The translations under genes were made by a program, and so were the position numbers. 64,000 nucleotides of DNA from a bacterium (GTDB taxonomy: Bacteria; Patescibacteriota; Gracilibacteria; BD1-5; UBA6164): NCBI GenBank assembly GCA_024635485.1, contig JAGXIV010000036.1, forward strand, positions 18,663 to 82,662, written 5' to 3'. Below the pieces are notes generated by a model. The model had not been told where the DNA came from, made no database searches, and saw nothing but the letters and a program-made list of their open reading frames with translations. The first letter of the stretch is position 1. Each line of letters starts with the position of its first letter. Shown in pieces: positions 21,439 through 33,596 of the stretch.

Positions 21439-21891
21439 ATGAACGATGATCTCGTGATTCATTTTGAAAATGGTCCTGCAGTATTACAAGAAGCAATGTC
21501 TGAATTTTCTGATGAAACGAAGCTGTATGTTGAACAAATTTCTCAAGGAATCTTTAATATTCTTGATTCTTCAAAAACTATAAAATTTGATAGACTTATA
21601 CGACTCATAAATTATGTATTTGAAACGCATCCACATGATTATATCAACTGAGCACAAAGATCAGGAAAAGATAGTTTATGAAGTCTTAAAATTTTAACTC
21701 TTTCCCTCTTACTTTGAATTAAAACTGATCAAGCACTCAAATTATTTTGAGAACATTGGGAGAGTGTTAAAAATAATCCTGATGAGAATAATCACCCAAA
21801 TATTAGAGAGTTAGATATGAATTGAATCGAAACCGTTAAAATTTATTGATTTCCTTTTGAAGAAAAAAATCCTTCAAAAAATAATACATAA
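21439..21891 (+). CDS. Hypothetical protein (150 aa)
   Basis: Track ORF 21439-21651 extends through 6 TGA to TAA 21889-21891. No recognisable motif. Confidence 0.45.
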
Positions 21892-21933
21892 AAAATCCTA
21901 CTCAAACTATATTAGAACATTCATATATTATAT

Positions 21934-21960
21934 TCTTACAAATGAGATAAATACTCTTAC
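21934..21960 (+). promoter_or_regulatory. TCTTAC-N15-TCTTAC direct repeat upstream of the second response regulator
   Basis: TCTTAC at 21934 and at 21955, 21 bp apart. TCTTAC is the reverse complement of the GTAAGA seen at 16173, 17125 and 17233. Confidence 0.25.
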
Positions 21961-22020
21961 GATTCTCATACATTAAATAGGATACTATAGGTTGATATAT
22001 TAGAATTAAAATAAAGTAAC

Positions 22021-22683
22021 ATGAAAGTATTGGTAATTGAGGATAACGATATACTCAGAGGAAATGTAAAAAAATATCTAGAAATTAAGTGAATTGAGGC
22101 AGATGATCACTCCACATATGAATGATCTACTTATAAAATAATGACCTGAAATTATGATGTTATTCTTTTAGATATTGGTCTTTGATCAGATGAAGGTAAT
22201 TGACTTGATATTTGTGGTGAAGTAAGAGAAAAATGAAGTAATGTGCCTATTTTAATGCTTACAGCAAGAACTTTAACACATCAAAAAATTGAGGGACTCG
22301 ATATTGGTGCAGATGATTATATGGTGAAACCATTTGATTATGAAGAACTCCTCGCTCGTGTAAAAAGTATGGCAAGACGAAACCATAGTCTCAAAGGAAA
22401 CAAGATTGTGTTTGATGATATAGAAATTTTAGAAGATCAAATGCAAGTGACACAAGATGGAACTGAAATAAACCTATCAAAACTCGAATTTAATCTCTTA
22501 CTATTCCTTGCTCAAAATAAAGGAAAGACGATGACAAAAGAGTTTATCACTGAAAAAGTATGGTGAGAAATAGATTTATTTAAAGAGAGTAGAACGCTTG
22601 ATATCTATGTTGGGTATCTTAGAAAAAAACTTGGAAAAGACGTTATTGATACGGTAAGAGGTGTAGGTTATATCATAAAATAG
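22021..22683 (+). CDS. OmpR-family response regulator (220 aa)
   Basis: ATG 22021. Receiver motifs VILLDI-G-L and MVKPF, with several TGA. Track ORF 22243-22566 is in frame. The sequence VW-G-EIDLF..TLDIYVGYLRKKL..VRGVGY runs to TAG 22681-22683. Confidence 0.85.
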
Positions 22684-22693
22684 TTAGGTTCAA

Positions 22694-23878
22694 ATGGATG
22701 GAAATTTAAAATTACTAGAAAAACATAGACAAAAGATGTGACTCCTTGTAGGTCTTATCATTTTCATGTTTATTTATATTTGTATTATAGTCTTCTGGAT
22801 TACGGCAGTTACTTCTTGGCAAAGAATAGAAGATGAGAATCTTTGGGTAAAAGCTGAAAGAGTAAAAAATATAATTGTAACGAGAAATATTTTTTTTAGG
22901 TACGGAGATCAAGACTCAATTGACATAGTTAGAAAAGTCCTAGAAAATACACAAGTGACTGACTCAAACTGAGAAGTACTCAGTTCACTATGAGCTAGGT
23001 ATCCTGAAAGTCAGCTCATAAAAGATGGAATAATATATGAAAATGGTTTTAAATTTCTATATGTAGAATTTGAAAACGATTCAAAAAAATACGAAATTGT
23101 TATTTCTAGTGACGCTTTTAACGTAGTGCAGTGACATTTGTACTTCATTTTATTTTTAATACTTCTAAGCCCATTTCTTTATAGCTTACTCGCCTTTATA
23201 GGTTGTAGACTCATGCATAAAGTCTATGCTCCGATAAAAGAAATAGTGATTAACTTAGAATGATTTGCTACAAATGTGAATCATGAATTCAAAACTTCAC
23301 TGACGGAAGTTCTTTCTTCTCTGGAACTTGCAAAAGTGACAAAAGAATATGAAGAGGGAGTCGATCATGCAATTTCATCAGCAAAACGACTCAATAATAT
23401 ACTCGATAGTCTCTGAATACTCGTTCGCTTTGTAAATGCTGATTATAGGAAAACAAAAGTAAATATTATTTCTATGCTCAATGAGTCTATTAATGATTAT
23501 CAAAAAGAAATCCAGGCAAAAGAAATAAAAATTATCAAAAAATATAATCTTGATTCTCAAATAATTACTTTTATTGATAAAGAACCTCTTCTTTTATGTT
23601 TTAATAATATATTAAAAAATGCAATCCGTTATTCACATGAAGGTGGAAGAATAGAAATACTTATTTCTAAGCATAAATTTGTAATAAAAGACTATGGAAT
23701 TTGAATAGATACTAAAAACTTAGATAAAATATTTGAACGATACTTTAGAGAAAACTATAATGGAGAGTGAACTGGAATCTGACTTTCTCTCGTAAAAAGA
23801 ATTACTGAAAGATATAACTGGGATATACAAATAAAAAGTGAAAAAAATATATATACCGAAATTACACTTACATTTTAA
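22694..23878 (+). CDS. Sensor histidine kinase (394 aa)
   Basis: ATG 22694. Two TM segments. H-box NHEFKTSLTE, N-box NAIRYSHEGG, G-boxes DYGI-G-I and G-TGI-G-LSLV. Track ORFs 22766-22972 and 23474-23704 are in frame. TAA 23876-23878. Confidence 0.8.
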
Positions 23879-23883
23879 TATAA

Positions 23884-23915
23884 AAAAAACTTCTCAAATT
23901 TGAGAAGTTTTTTTT
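23884..23915. terminator. Bidirectional terminator hairpin
   Basis: aaaacttctca-aatt-tgagaagtttt, with long A and T runs. Confidence 0.7.
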
Positions 23916-23927
23916 ATATTAAAATTC

Positions 23928-24119
23928 TTATCTTCTTCAAATAAGGAAATAAATAATAAGACCAACAAGTGGGAATAATCCAACAATAATAGCCCAAAAT
24001 ATCTTATGAAATAAATCCATATTTGATGAAATAATAAGTACTAAAGCATATATAAAAAGTATTAAGTGAATGAGTGCAAATACTCAACCAAATGGGCTTG
24101 TAAAGAAATCCATATTCAT
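23928..24119 (-). CDS. PLDc_N-type small membrane protein (63 aa)
   Basis: ATG 24119. The sequence KIFWAIIVGLFPLVGLIIYFLI-G-RR matches the K..W..I...P..G...Y...GR pattern of the PLD-nuclease N-terminal membrane domain. TAA 23928-23930. Confidence 0.5.
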
Positions 24120-24316
24120 AAAATTAGGGTAAGTAAAAAGTTATTAATCATATAACTACACTCGCAAGTATAGAGAGAAAGTGTAAGAGAAATGTATAGG
24201 TGATAATGAGAAATTAAGTCATAAAAATGCTACGACTCTCATACGCTTTGTGTGTACATTATAAAAAGTAAATTACTTAACTTACTATTTTTATTAAATA
24301 CTTTATAAATACATTT

Positions 24317-25078
24317 ATGAACAAATACATATATATACTTTGATTTTTATCAATTGCCTTACTCTTAAGTTCATGTGGGGGTTGAACTCTGTCATGAGAT
24401 GAGTTTAAAAGTACACCTGATGCAAACTTAGTAGGAAATCAAGAATGAACAACTTCAGGAGTGAGTACTCAGGAGATAAAAGACTGAAACACAGAAACTC
24501 AATCTCAAGATGATTCAAATATTGCATCAACAAATAATACTGTAGAAACGAAGCAGCAAGTGGAAATACCTGCTGAAGAGAATAAAAATACTTCTTATAC
24601 TCCAAGTACTACAGATTCAAGATCAGTTCTCACTATGAATATGGAAGCTGAGTCTCAAGCAGAGCTTAAAGCAAGACTTACTCCACTTCAGTATGAAGTC
24701 ACTCAAAACGGTGGAACAGAACAAGCATTTTCAAATCCTTATGACAAAAACTATGCTGATGGTATATATGTAGATATTGTAGATGGGACTCCAGTATTTT
24801 CTTCGACTACTAAGTTTGATTCAAAAACAGGATGGCCAAGTTTTGCAAAGCCAATTGAAGCAAATAACATAAAGACTCAATCTGATACTACTCTCTTTAT
24901 CACTCGAACTGAAGTTCTTTGAGCAAAAAGTGGTTCACATATAGGGCATCTTTTCAATGATGGACCAGAATCAATGGGAGGTTTGAGATATTGTCTTAAC
25001 TCTGCAGCTCTCGCGTTCATTCCAAAAGATCAAATGCAAGAGAGGGGCTACGGTGAATATTTATCACTGTTTGATTAA
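24317..25078 (+). CDS. msrB: Lipoprotein peptide-methionine (R)-S-oxide reductase MsrB (253 aa)
   Basis: ATG 24317. Lipobox LLLSS-C, then a low-complexity linker. Track ORF 24560-24922 is in frame and contains GWPSF, with Trp encoded as TGG. The catalytic motif RYCLNS is present. TAA 25076-25078. Confidence 0.8.
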
Positions 25079-25094
25079 GAAACATATATAAAAT

Positions 25095-25122
25095 AAAAAA
25101 TCCTGTACTTCAGGATTTTTTT
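25095..25122 (+). terminator. Terminator hairpin
   Basis: aaaaatcctg-tactt-caggattttt. Confidence 0.7.
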
Positions 25123-25220
25123 AGAATTATTATTTTTCAATGAGCAAGTGTTTTTTTGAGTAATACATTATTGTTGTACCATTTTTTTTGTACAATAAAG
25201 ATATAGTATAATAAAAATAT

Positions 25221-25637
25221 ATGCAATATAAGATTCCCGTACAAATAGAAAACGAAGACCCCATTTTTTTAGGTCTTTCATTGAGGCAACTCACTATACT
25301 TATGATAGGTTTTTGAATAGCTTATCTTATTTTTAATACCTTAACTGAAACTACTGGTCCAGAAATAGCACTCCTTCCAAGTGGTCTAGTAGCTATTATA
25401 ACAACCGCAATTGCGGTGTTTAAATTCAATGAAATGACTTTTATTCCATTTATACTTTCTTTTATTCGATTTAAAATATTTCCGTCCGAACGTAGTTGGC
25501 AAAGTACTATCGATAGTTTCCAACCAATAGATATATGATTTATATCTCACGCGGAAGAAAAAAAGCAACAAAATATAGATATGAATCAAAAAAATGATAC
25601 AATGCAGGAACTTCAAGAAAAATTAAAAAATTTGTAA
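25221..25637 (+). CDS. PrgI-like conjugation/T4SS membrane protein (138 aa)
   Basis: ATG 25221. The N-terminus MQYKIPVQIENEDPIFLGLSLRQLTILMIGF is followed by two TM helices, the layout I associate with the PrgI family. TAA 25635-25637. Confidence 0.5.
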
Positions 25638-25638
25638 T

Positions 25639-26346
25639 ATGGCAGTAAAAACGAAAAAACCTAAAATAGCTGATAGCTCTACTCAACGTCATCTTCCCTT
25701 TTCTCAACTTAGGGAAAATGTCATTTTGATGAAAGATTCTTCCGCTCGAGTTGTCATGAAATGTTCTACTATTAACTTTCTTCTCAAGAGCACAGATGAG
25801 CAAGATTCTATTATTATGAGCTTTCAAAGATTTTTAAATTCTCTCGATTTTCCTGTTCAAATCATGGTTCGATCTACCAAACTTGATATTGATGGATATT
25901 TGGAAAAACTCAAAGAAAAAGCTGTTGCTCAAAAAAATGAACTTCTTCAAAAACAAACCTATGAATATATAGAGTATCTTAAAAAACTTGTAGAAGTGGC
26001 TCAAATAATGAAAAAAGATTTTTATATTGTGATTCCCTATGATCAAGAAGAAGACCGTTCTGTAAAAGATACTGGAATTTTTGGAGTATTCAAAAACTTT
26101 TGGAGGTCTATAAATAATAAAGATGATATAGCAAAGATACGGAGTCAAATTAGAAATTTTGGAACCATGAAAAAATGAATTGCAGGAAGAATAAATACTG
26201 TAAAAACGAGTTTAGAGAGTATAGGAATTCGAGCCACAGAGCTTGATAAATGAGAGCTTGTGAAACTATTGAGTGATTACTATAATCCGAGTCTGTGAAA
26301 TCTTCGGACTATGAAATCTGACCTTTCTGATTATAATCTGATATAA
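25639..26346 (+). CDS. VirB4/TraC N-terminal-domain-like protein without an ATPase domain (235 aa)
   Basis: ATG 25639. The sequence STQRHLPFSQLRENVILMKDSSARVVMKCSTINFLLKSTDEQDSIIMSFQRFLNSLDFPVQIMVRSTKLDIDGYLEKL resembles the N-terminus of Gram-positive and CPR VirB4 proteins. There is no Walker A anywhere. It ends at TAA 26344-26346. Confidence 0.4.
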
Positions 26347-26364
26347 CATACTTAAAACAAATCT

Positions 26365-26709
26365 ATGAAACGAATTATACTCACATTTATGGCTTCTATC
26401 CTAACTATTCAAGCTTCTTTTGCTGCAGATGATAATATCTTATGAATTAGTGACGGAAGACTCAGGAACTGAGATGTTCATCTAGATGATATTCCAGTTG
26501 CAATCAGTTCACTTATAGATTTTTTTATGGGTATTGCAGGTACTATAGCTGTAATTATGATTGTGATTTGAGCCTATAAAATACTCTTTTGATCTATTCA
26601 GCAAGATAAGACAAAATGAAGAGATACTATTATTATGGCACTATGAGGTTTTGCTCTTGCTGCGCTTTCTTGGTTTATAATTAAAATCATACTTTCTAAC
26701 TTTGGATAA
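26365..26709 (+). CDS. Type IV secretion system pilin-like protein (VirB2/TrbC-like, 114 aa)
   Basis: Signal peptide MKRIILTFMASILTIQASFA, then two TM helices: IAGTIAVIMIVI-G-AYKILF and ..IIMAL-G-GFALAALSWFIIKII. TAA 26707-26709. Confidence 0.55.
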
Positions 26710-26710
26710 T

Positions 26711-27181
26711 ATGGCTGAGACACAAAATATTTTATATAGTTGGGAATTTGAAGATACGAAACTAAGAAGTCCAAGCTGGTATATCCTTGCAGTTGCTATA
26801 ATTGTATGACTTGTTATTTGGGGAATAATGACTCGACAATATGGTATGAGTATAGTGATAATGCTCTGAGCATGATTTTTTTATTTTCTAGAAAATAACT
26901 CTGAAGACTTGGTACGAGTTGCTATTACAGAACTTTGAATAGGAGTCCAGGATAATTTTTATGATTATTCGAGAATCTCTTGATACAGTCTCGTATATGA
27001 TGGTGATAAAGCTCTTTTTCTTAGACTTAAACTCAAAAAGAAATGAATTTCATCTGCGAATATTAGAATAGATAATTCTATTGCAGCTGATATTCGGTCT
27101 ATCCTCCCAAATTATATTGAAGAAACAGATAAACTAGAGCTTTCTCTTATAGAAAAAATAAGTCATTACTTAAAGATATAA
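26711..27181 (+). CDS. Hypothetical membrane protein (156 aa)
   Basis: ATG 26711 lies 2 nt after the previous stop. Two TM helices: WYILAVAIIV-G-LVIWGIM and MSIVIML-G-A-G-FFYF. TAA 27179-27181. Confidence 0.45.
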
Positions 27182-27183
27182 TT

Positions 27184-27606
27184 ATGAAAATACTTTTATC
27201 CATACTCCTTAATGCATGTATACTCTATATCATTACATACTTGCTTTGACCAAATTCAGATCAATCAATACAAGCGTGAATTATACTATGATGTAATGAT
27301 TGTGCTTATAATTCAATGGACGCTATAAAAACCTATATCGTATGATGAATTATATTGGGAATCATAAATGCTACAATACGTCCAATTCTCAAGATTCTAT
27401 CACTTCCATTATTCTTTATATTCTTTGGACTTGTCAGTTTTGTTATTAATGGAATGGTACTGTTTATTTTCACATTTATTGTAAATAATCTCTTACTTAT
27501 TGAGGGCGTTGGTTACGAAATAAATGGACTTATAAACTTTGTAATTGCAGTTGCAATTTTTACGGTTTTGAATACTCTCTACTCACTATTATTTTTTAAA
27601 AGGTAG
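27184..27606 (+). CDS. DUF360 / phage-holin-4-type membrane protein (140 aa)
   Basis: ATG 27184 is in frame with track ORF 27355-27606. The sequence IILGIINATIRPILKILSLPLFFIFFGLVSFVINGMVLFI fits the DUF360 pattern. Confidence 0.55.
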
Positions 27607-27610
27607 ACCA

Positions 27611-27826
27611 GTGATACAAATTTTACAAATTACTGAAATTATCCTCGCATTTCTTGTTATTGGGGTAGTTCTTATACAAAACAAAAATGTCAGTTTAAAT
27701 CTTTCTTCTATGTCAGGTGGAATGGGAGCAATTACGAAAAGATGACCTGAGAAAATTTTGCAAAACGCGACAATTATTCTAGGTTGACTCTTTGTTTTGA
27801 ATTCACTCCTTCTGTTTGTAATATAA
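27611..27826 (+). CDS. secG: Preprotein translocase subunit SecG (71 aa)
   Basis: GTG 27611. TM1 is ITEIILAFLVIGVVLIQNK, followed by a Gly/Ser loop and TM2 ATIILG-G-LFVLNSLLLFVI. TAA 27824-27826. Confidence 0.5.
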
Positions 27827-27848
27827 TTTATTATTCAAAACAAATATA

Positions 27849-30062
27849 ATGAGCGACCATATCGTCAAAAAACTCAAAAAATATTTTCTTTTTCTCTCTC
27901 TCCTCTTCTTTTTTTTACTAGGAACTCATCTCGTATACTCATATGTATATAGTGATTCTTTAAGTGAAGCACAACAGTGAGGTACAGTATCAGAAGCAAT
28001 AATTGGATCTTTTCCACATCTAAATCCACTCATTCCATCAAACGACCATAATGCCTATATAAATGGGCTCTTATATCGTTCTCTTTTAGAATATTCAACA
28101 GTGAGTGAGACCTTGGAAAGTGATATTGCTGCATGTAATATTGAGAATCTTTTATACATAGAATGTGTATTAGAAAATAATTTACAATGGAGTGATGGAA
28201 CTCCTATTACGGTTGAAGATATTCAAGCAACCTTCAACATAATTACTCAAACCAAAGTAAATCCTATTGTTGCTTCCCTCTTAGAAAATACTACTATTAC
28301 GACAAGTGATAACACTATTACCTTTGAGAACAATTCTAAGGATATTAATTTTCTTCAAGTTTTTTTGCAACCAATTCTCAAAAAAAGTGTCGTAGAGTCA
28401 CTTACAACTGAAACAGTTGATAAGAAATTTTCTGAAACTGGCTGAATATATTCTTGAAGATTTACTCTGACAAATATAAGTCAAGATGAAACGGTAGGAA
28501 TTACAAAGATCACACTCGGAAAAAATGATATGTATTTTGGGAATGATCTCTATATTCAATTCTTGATACTTAATCTCTATGACGACGAAACTCATTTCCT
28601 CAAAAATAGAAATTCCTTTAACATTTTTAATGATAAAGAATGAGTGATTTGAAACTCTATTCCAAGGCTTAATACCTATGAATATACACTGTCTCAGTTT
28701 GTAGCTGCATTTTTAAATACTGAAAGTATTTCTGCTAATCTAAGAAGTTACATACTTGAATCAATAGATAGAGATACCCTCATTGAAAATATTTGAGAAG
28801 ATAAAGTTCTTACTGCGAATAATCCTTTTCTCTCGCAAGATGATTTCAAAAGTCCATCATCAGACATAAATATTTGAAATTTTATGAAGGATGCATGATA
28901 CTACTCTAAAAAAGAACTGCTTAAGAGTGTAGTTGAAGCAAAAAAAGTTTCAGAAACCGTTGCTCCAGTAAAAGAAACTAAAAAGCCAGAACTTGTTACT
29001 CCAAAACAGTCTGACCTCAAAATCATAACTTCTCCTACAACTCAGAAGTACAATTTCACAAGTGATGATAATATACTCATAGAATGAAAGGTCGATGAAT
29101 GAGTAGATGCTGTCTATATCAATGATTATAAGCTTGAATGATTTGATGCATGAGATGAAAATTTTTTTTATAGACTGCTTGAAAGTTATGATTCGATAGT
29201 AGAGTGAGAAAATGACTATAAAGTGTATTATGAAACAAATGGGGAAAAAAATATAGTAGATGAGTTCGTCTACATCTACCATACTGATGAAGAAAAACTT
29301 CAAGATATTAGTGATAATTTTTTCTCTACTCCGACAGAAAATAGCGAAGTGACTCAAGAAACGGAAAGTCCTGAAAAAGATAGTGAGAAATCAGAATCTA
29401 ATACTATAAGTACCGACCTGACTGTTTCTCAAATTGAATCCTTGAGTGAAGATCTCTTTTATAACACGAAAGGAGAAGCATACAATTTGAAGTTAATTTA
29501 TGCTCAAACAGATGCACAAATGGAGCTTACAGCATCTCAAATAGCAGCACAGCTTGCAAGTGTATGAATAAAACTTCAGCTTATTCCTATGAGCCTTTGA
29601 GATATTACAGTAGGACTTAGAAATGAGAATCTCTCATATGACATAATTCTCATTTGAGTAAATTTATGATATTTTGGATCTAACATTTTTCCTTATTTCC
29701 ATTCAAGCCAAGTTGCTAATGGTTATAATTTCTCAAATTTTAAAAAACTCAGTGTAGATATTTTACTTGAAGAACTCAAAGCAAATACACTCTCTGTCAC
29801 TAAACAAGAAGAACTGGAAGTAAAACTTTTAGATATCATAAAAGAAGAAAGTATTGTAAAAGTACTCTATACTCCAAAAATAAAATTACTCGTAGATAAA
29901 AATCTCAAAAATTTTGTACTACCTAAGTATCTTCCAGATGCTCGTCATAGATATTACCCTTTGATAGCTGCATATCTCTCTGAGAAAAGAGAAATACAAG
30001 CCTGAGATAAATGACTCATTTGATTTGTACAATATATCGTAAAGACTCTTTTCTCAAACTAG
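27849..30062 (+). CDS. Family-5 solute-binding protein (peptide/nickel type), membrane-anchored (737 aa)
   Basis: ATG 27849. Track ORFs 28101-28445 and 29223-29567 are in frame. The segments I translated between and after them (28446-29235, 29568-30062) have only TGA. Motifs GSFPHLNPL and LQWSDGTPITVEDIQATFN. TAG 30060-30062. Confidence 0.7.
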
Positions 30063-30066
30063 AACT

Positions 30067-30966
30067 ATGGCTGATCAATTTACAGAAAATATACTTATCC
30101 CGAGCCTAAACGTAATTCGAAATGATGGAAGGATTAAAAGATTTTATTTTTTCCCATGACTTATTTCTGTTATATTTGTCAGTGTACTTCTTGTGTATCA
30201 AGTTGTGTATACGTATGTTGTTCTCTTGTGAAATGAAGATCAAATATTTCAACTTCTCCTCTCTGTATTTCATTCAAATTTTATAACTCCTCTCCTGATT
30301 GCTGGTGGTATTTTTATTATATCTTATGTAATACTACTTCCTATCTTTGAAGGAGCTCTGATAGGATATCTGCATCAAAGTAGTGAAAAAACAGTAAGCA
30401 GATCTGACGCACTATGATTTTGAATCTACAGATTTTATGCACTTTTTGAGTTTAATAATATTTTTTGAATGTTTAAACTTGCAAGTATTTTGAATTGATT
30501 TCTTTTCACGCTGAGATATCTCGGAATAGAATACGTCTCATGACTTGCTATATTTTTCTTTATTGCTTTTTTATTTTCGATTATACTCAATATTCTTATT
30601 GCCTATGCAAAGTATGAAGTTGTACTTGAAAATGCTGGAGTATTTGAAGCGATTGGAACTTCCTCTCAAATTGCCCTTCTCAATATTAAAACAACTCTGA
30701 GACTTTATGTTTTGATGTTTGCTATGAATATTAAGGTTATCATTAATTTCACGGTATTCTTTATTTTTCCAATTTTTGCAGCGTTCCTTACTGGAGTCAT
30801 TAGTTCTCAAACATTTACAGCAATAGCTTTTACAATATTATGAGTTATTTTTCTATTTTTCATTCTGTTACTATGATACCTTGCAGCAGTTCTAGATATT
30901 TTCACAACTTCAATGTGGTACAGAGCCTATAAAATGGGAAAAGAAAAAATTACAGAAATAAAATAA
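30067..30966 (+). CDS. Multi-pass membrane protein (299 aa)
   Basis: ATG 30067. Several hydrophobic helices and many TGA. TAA 30964-30966. Confidence 0.5.
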
Positions 30967-30992
30967 AAAAAAGCCCTTAGGCTTTTTTTTTT
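30965..30992. terminator. Bidirectional terminator hairpin
   Basis: aaaaaaagcc-ctta-ggcttttttt, between convergent genes. Confidence 0.7.
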
Positions 30993-30993
30993 A

Positions 30994-31770
30994 TTATTCT
31001 TCAGAAAAATTGAGAAAATGCTTTGAGTAATACTTTTGAATATATCTCAAATTTTTTAAAACCATCTCTTCGTTTCAGACTCATATTTCTTTAGGGCTTA
31101 CTTTCAAAGTAAAGTGCCCCTCATAATTAGTAGATTTCATTTTCATAAGAAAACTCTCGAGTGGAAGATGAGAAAGTCCAGCTCACGCTGTTCCAGGCAG
31201 GATTCAGCGATTACTTGCATTTCTATCTGCGAAAAAGATATTTTTTATTGAAGCTCAAAGTTCTGCTTGAGCTCGCATGATATCCATTGTTCCAGTAGTA
31301 TCAATTGCTGGAATATCGAGAGTGGATTTACCAGTTACGGTCTTAATTTTTCCAAGTGTAGCATTTCTATATTCTGGAATCACAAAAAATAGATATTTCG
31401 ATTCTACATTTTGAACACATATTTCTATATCTTCATTTTTTTGTAGTCTTTGAAGTGTCTCACCAAACCATTTTGTATCTTTATCCATAAAGTGAGGAGG
31501 AGAAAAAGTAATAACTTTCACTCAAAGACTTCTTCCTATCTCCATGATTTTATCGAGTTTTTTTTGACTCATGTCTTTTCCTGGTGCAGTAATTGAAACA
31601 ACAGGAATTTTAAAATGCAGTGATAATTCAGAAATATATTCAGCATCCCATAAATCAAAATTCAACATTCCAAGAGATATATCTATTCATTCATATCATG
31701 CATCTTTCGCAAAACAAAAGACTCTATGTAATCCATAACCTGTGAGACTTGAAGTAGAAATAAGGAGCAT
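30994..31770 (-). CDS. Xylose-isomerase-like TIM-barrel (sugar phosphate isomerase/epimerase family) protein (258 aa)
   Basis: ATG 31770. Track ORF 31255-31521 is in frame. The overall pattern includes A-G-YE-G-IDISL, the VKVITFSPPH strand and ICVQNVE. TAA 30994-30996. Confidence 0.55.
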
Positions 31771-31804
31771 AGAAAAGCTTTTAGAAATATTATATACAGT
31801 CTAG

Positions 31805-31848
31805 CATAAAAAGAGTACATTTTCAAAAAATATACTCTTTTTATATGC
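31805..31848 (-). terminator. Terminator hairpin downstream of serS
   Basis: The stem aaaaagagta / tactcttttt has about a 15-nt loop and is extended by gcata / tatgc. Confidence 0.5.
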
Positions 31849-31862
31849 TCATTTTTTATATA

Positions 31863-33125
<1,263 letters not shown>

Positions 33126-33140
33126 AATGGCAAGAGTAAA

Positions 33141-33587
33141 TTAATAATTTTTTTTGAGCATCATCTTTGCTTCTTTATCTAAACTACGTTCTTTCAGACT
33201 TTGTTTTTTCTGGTAGGACTTCTTACCTTTTGCAAGTGCTACTCGTACTTTTATCAGACTTCCCTTAAAATAAAGTTCTGTCGCGAGAAGAGTATACCCA
33301 CCTTCTTTGATTTTGGATCCATAATAGAGTATTTTTTTCTTATGGAGAAATATTTTCCTCGGTCTTTGAGTCTCTATAATATCTCTCGATGCCAGTGTTT
33401 TCCACGGTGAGATATTCATTCACTTTAAAAAAAGTTGTCCCTGATTTACAGATACATAGCTCCCTTTGAGATTTACTTGTTTCGCTCTAATTGATTTTAC
33501 TTCATGACCAGATAACTCGATACCAGCTTCTTGAGAATCAAGAATTTCGTAATCGAAATAAGCTTTTTTATTTTTTGCTATTTCCAT
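33141..33587 (-). CDS. smpB: SsrA-binding protein SmpB (148 aa)
   Basis: ATG 33587 (MEIAKNKKAYFDYEI..GIELSGHEVKSIR). One TGA joins it to track ORF 33141-33419. TAA 33141-33143. Confidence 0.85.
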
Positions 33588-33596
33588 ATGAGTATT

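Noticed and set aside
27184-27606. I considered whether the phage-holin-4/DUF360 protein marks a prophage.
   Set aside because: No capsid, tail, terminase, integrase or endolysin genes are adjacent. DUF360 proteins are common chromosomal membrane proteins.
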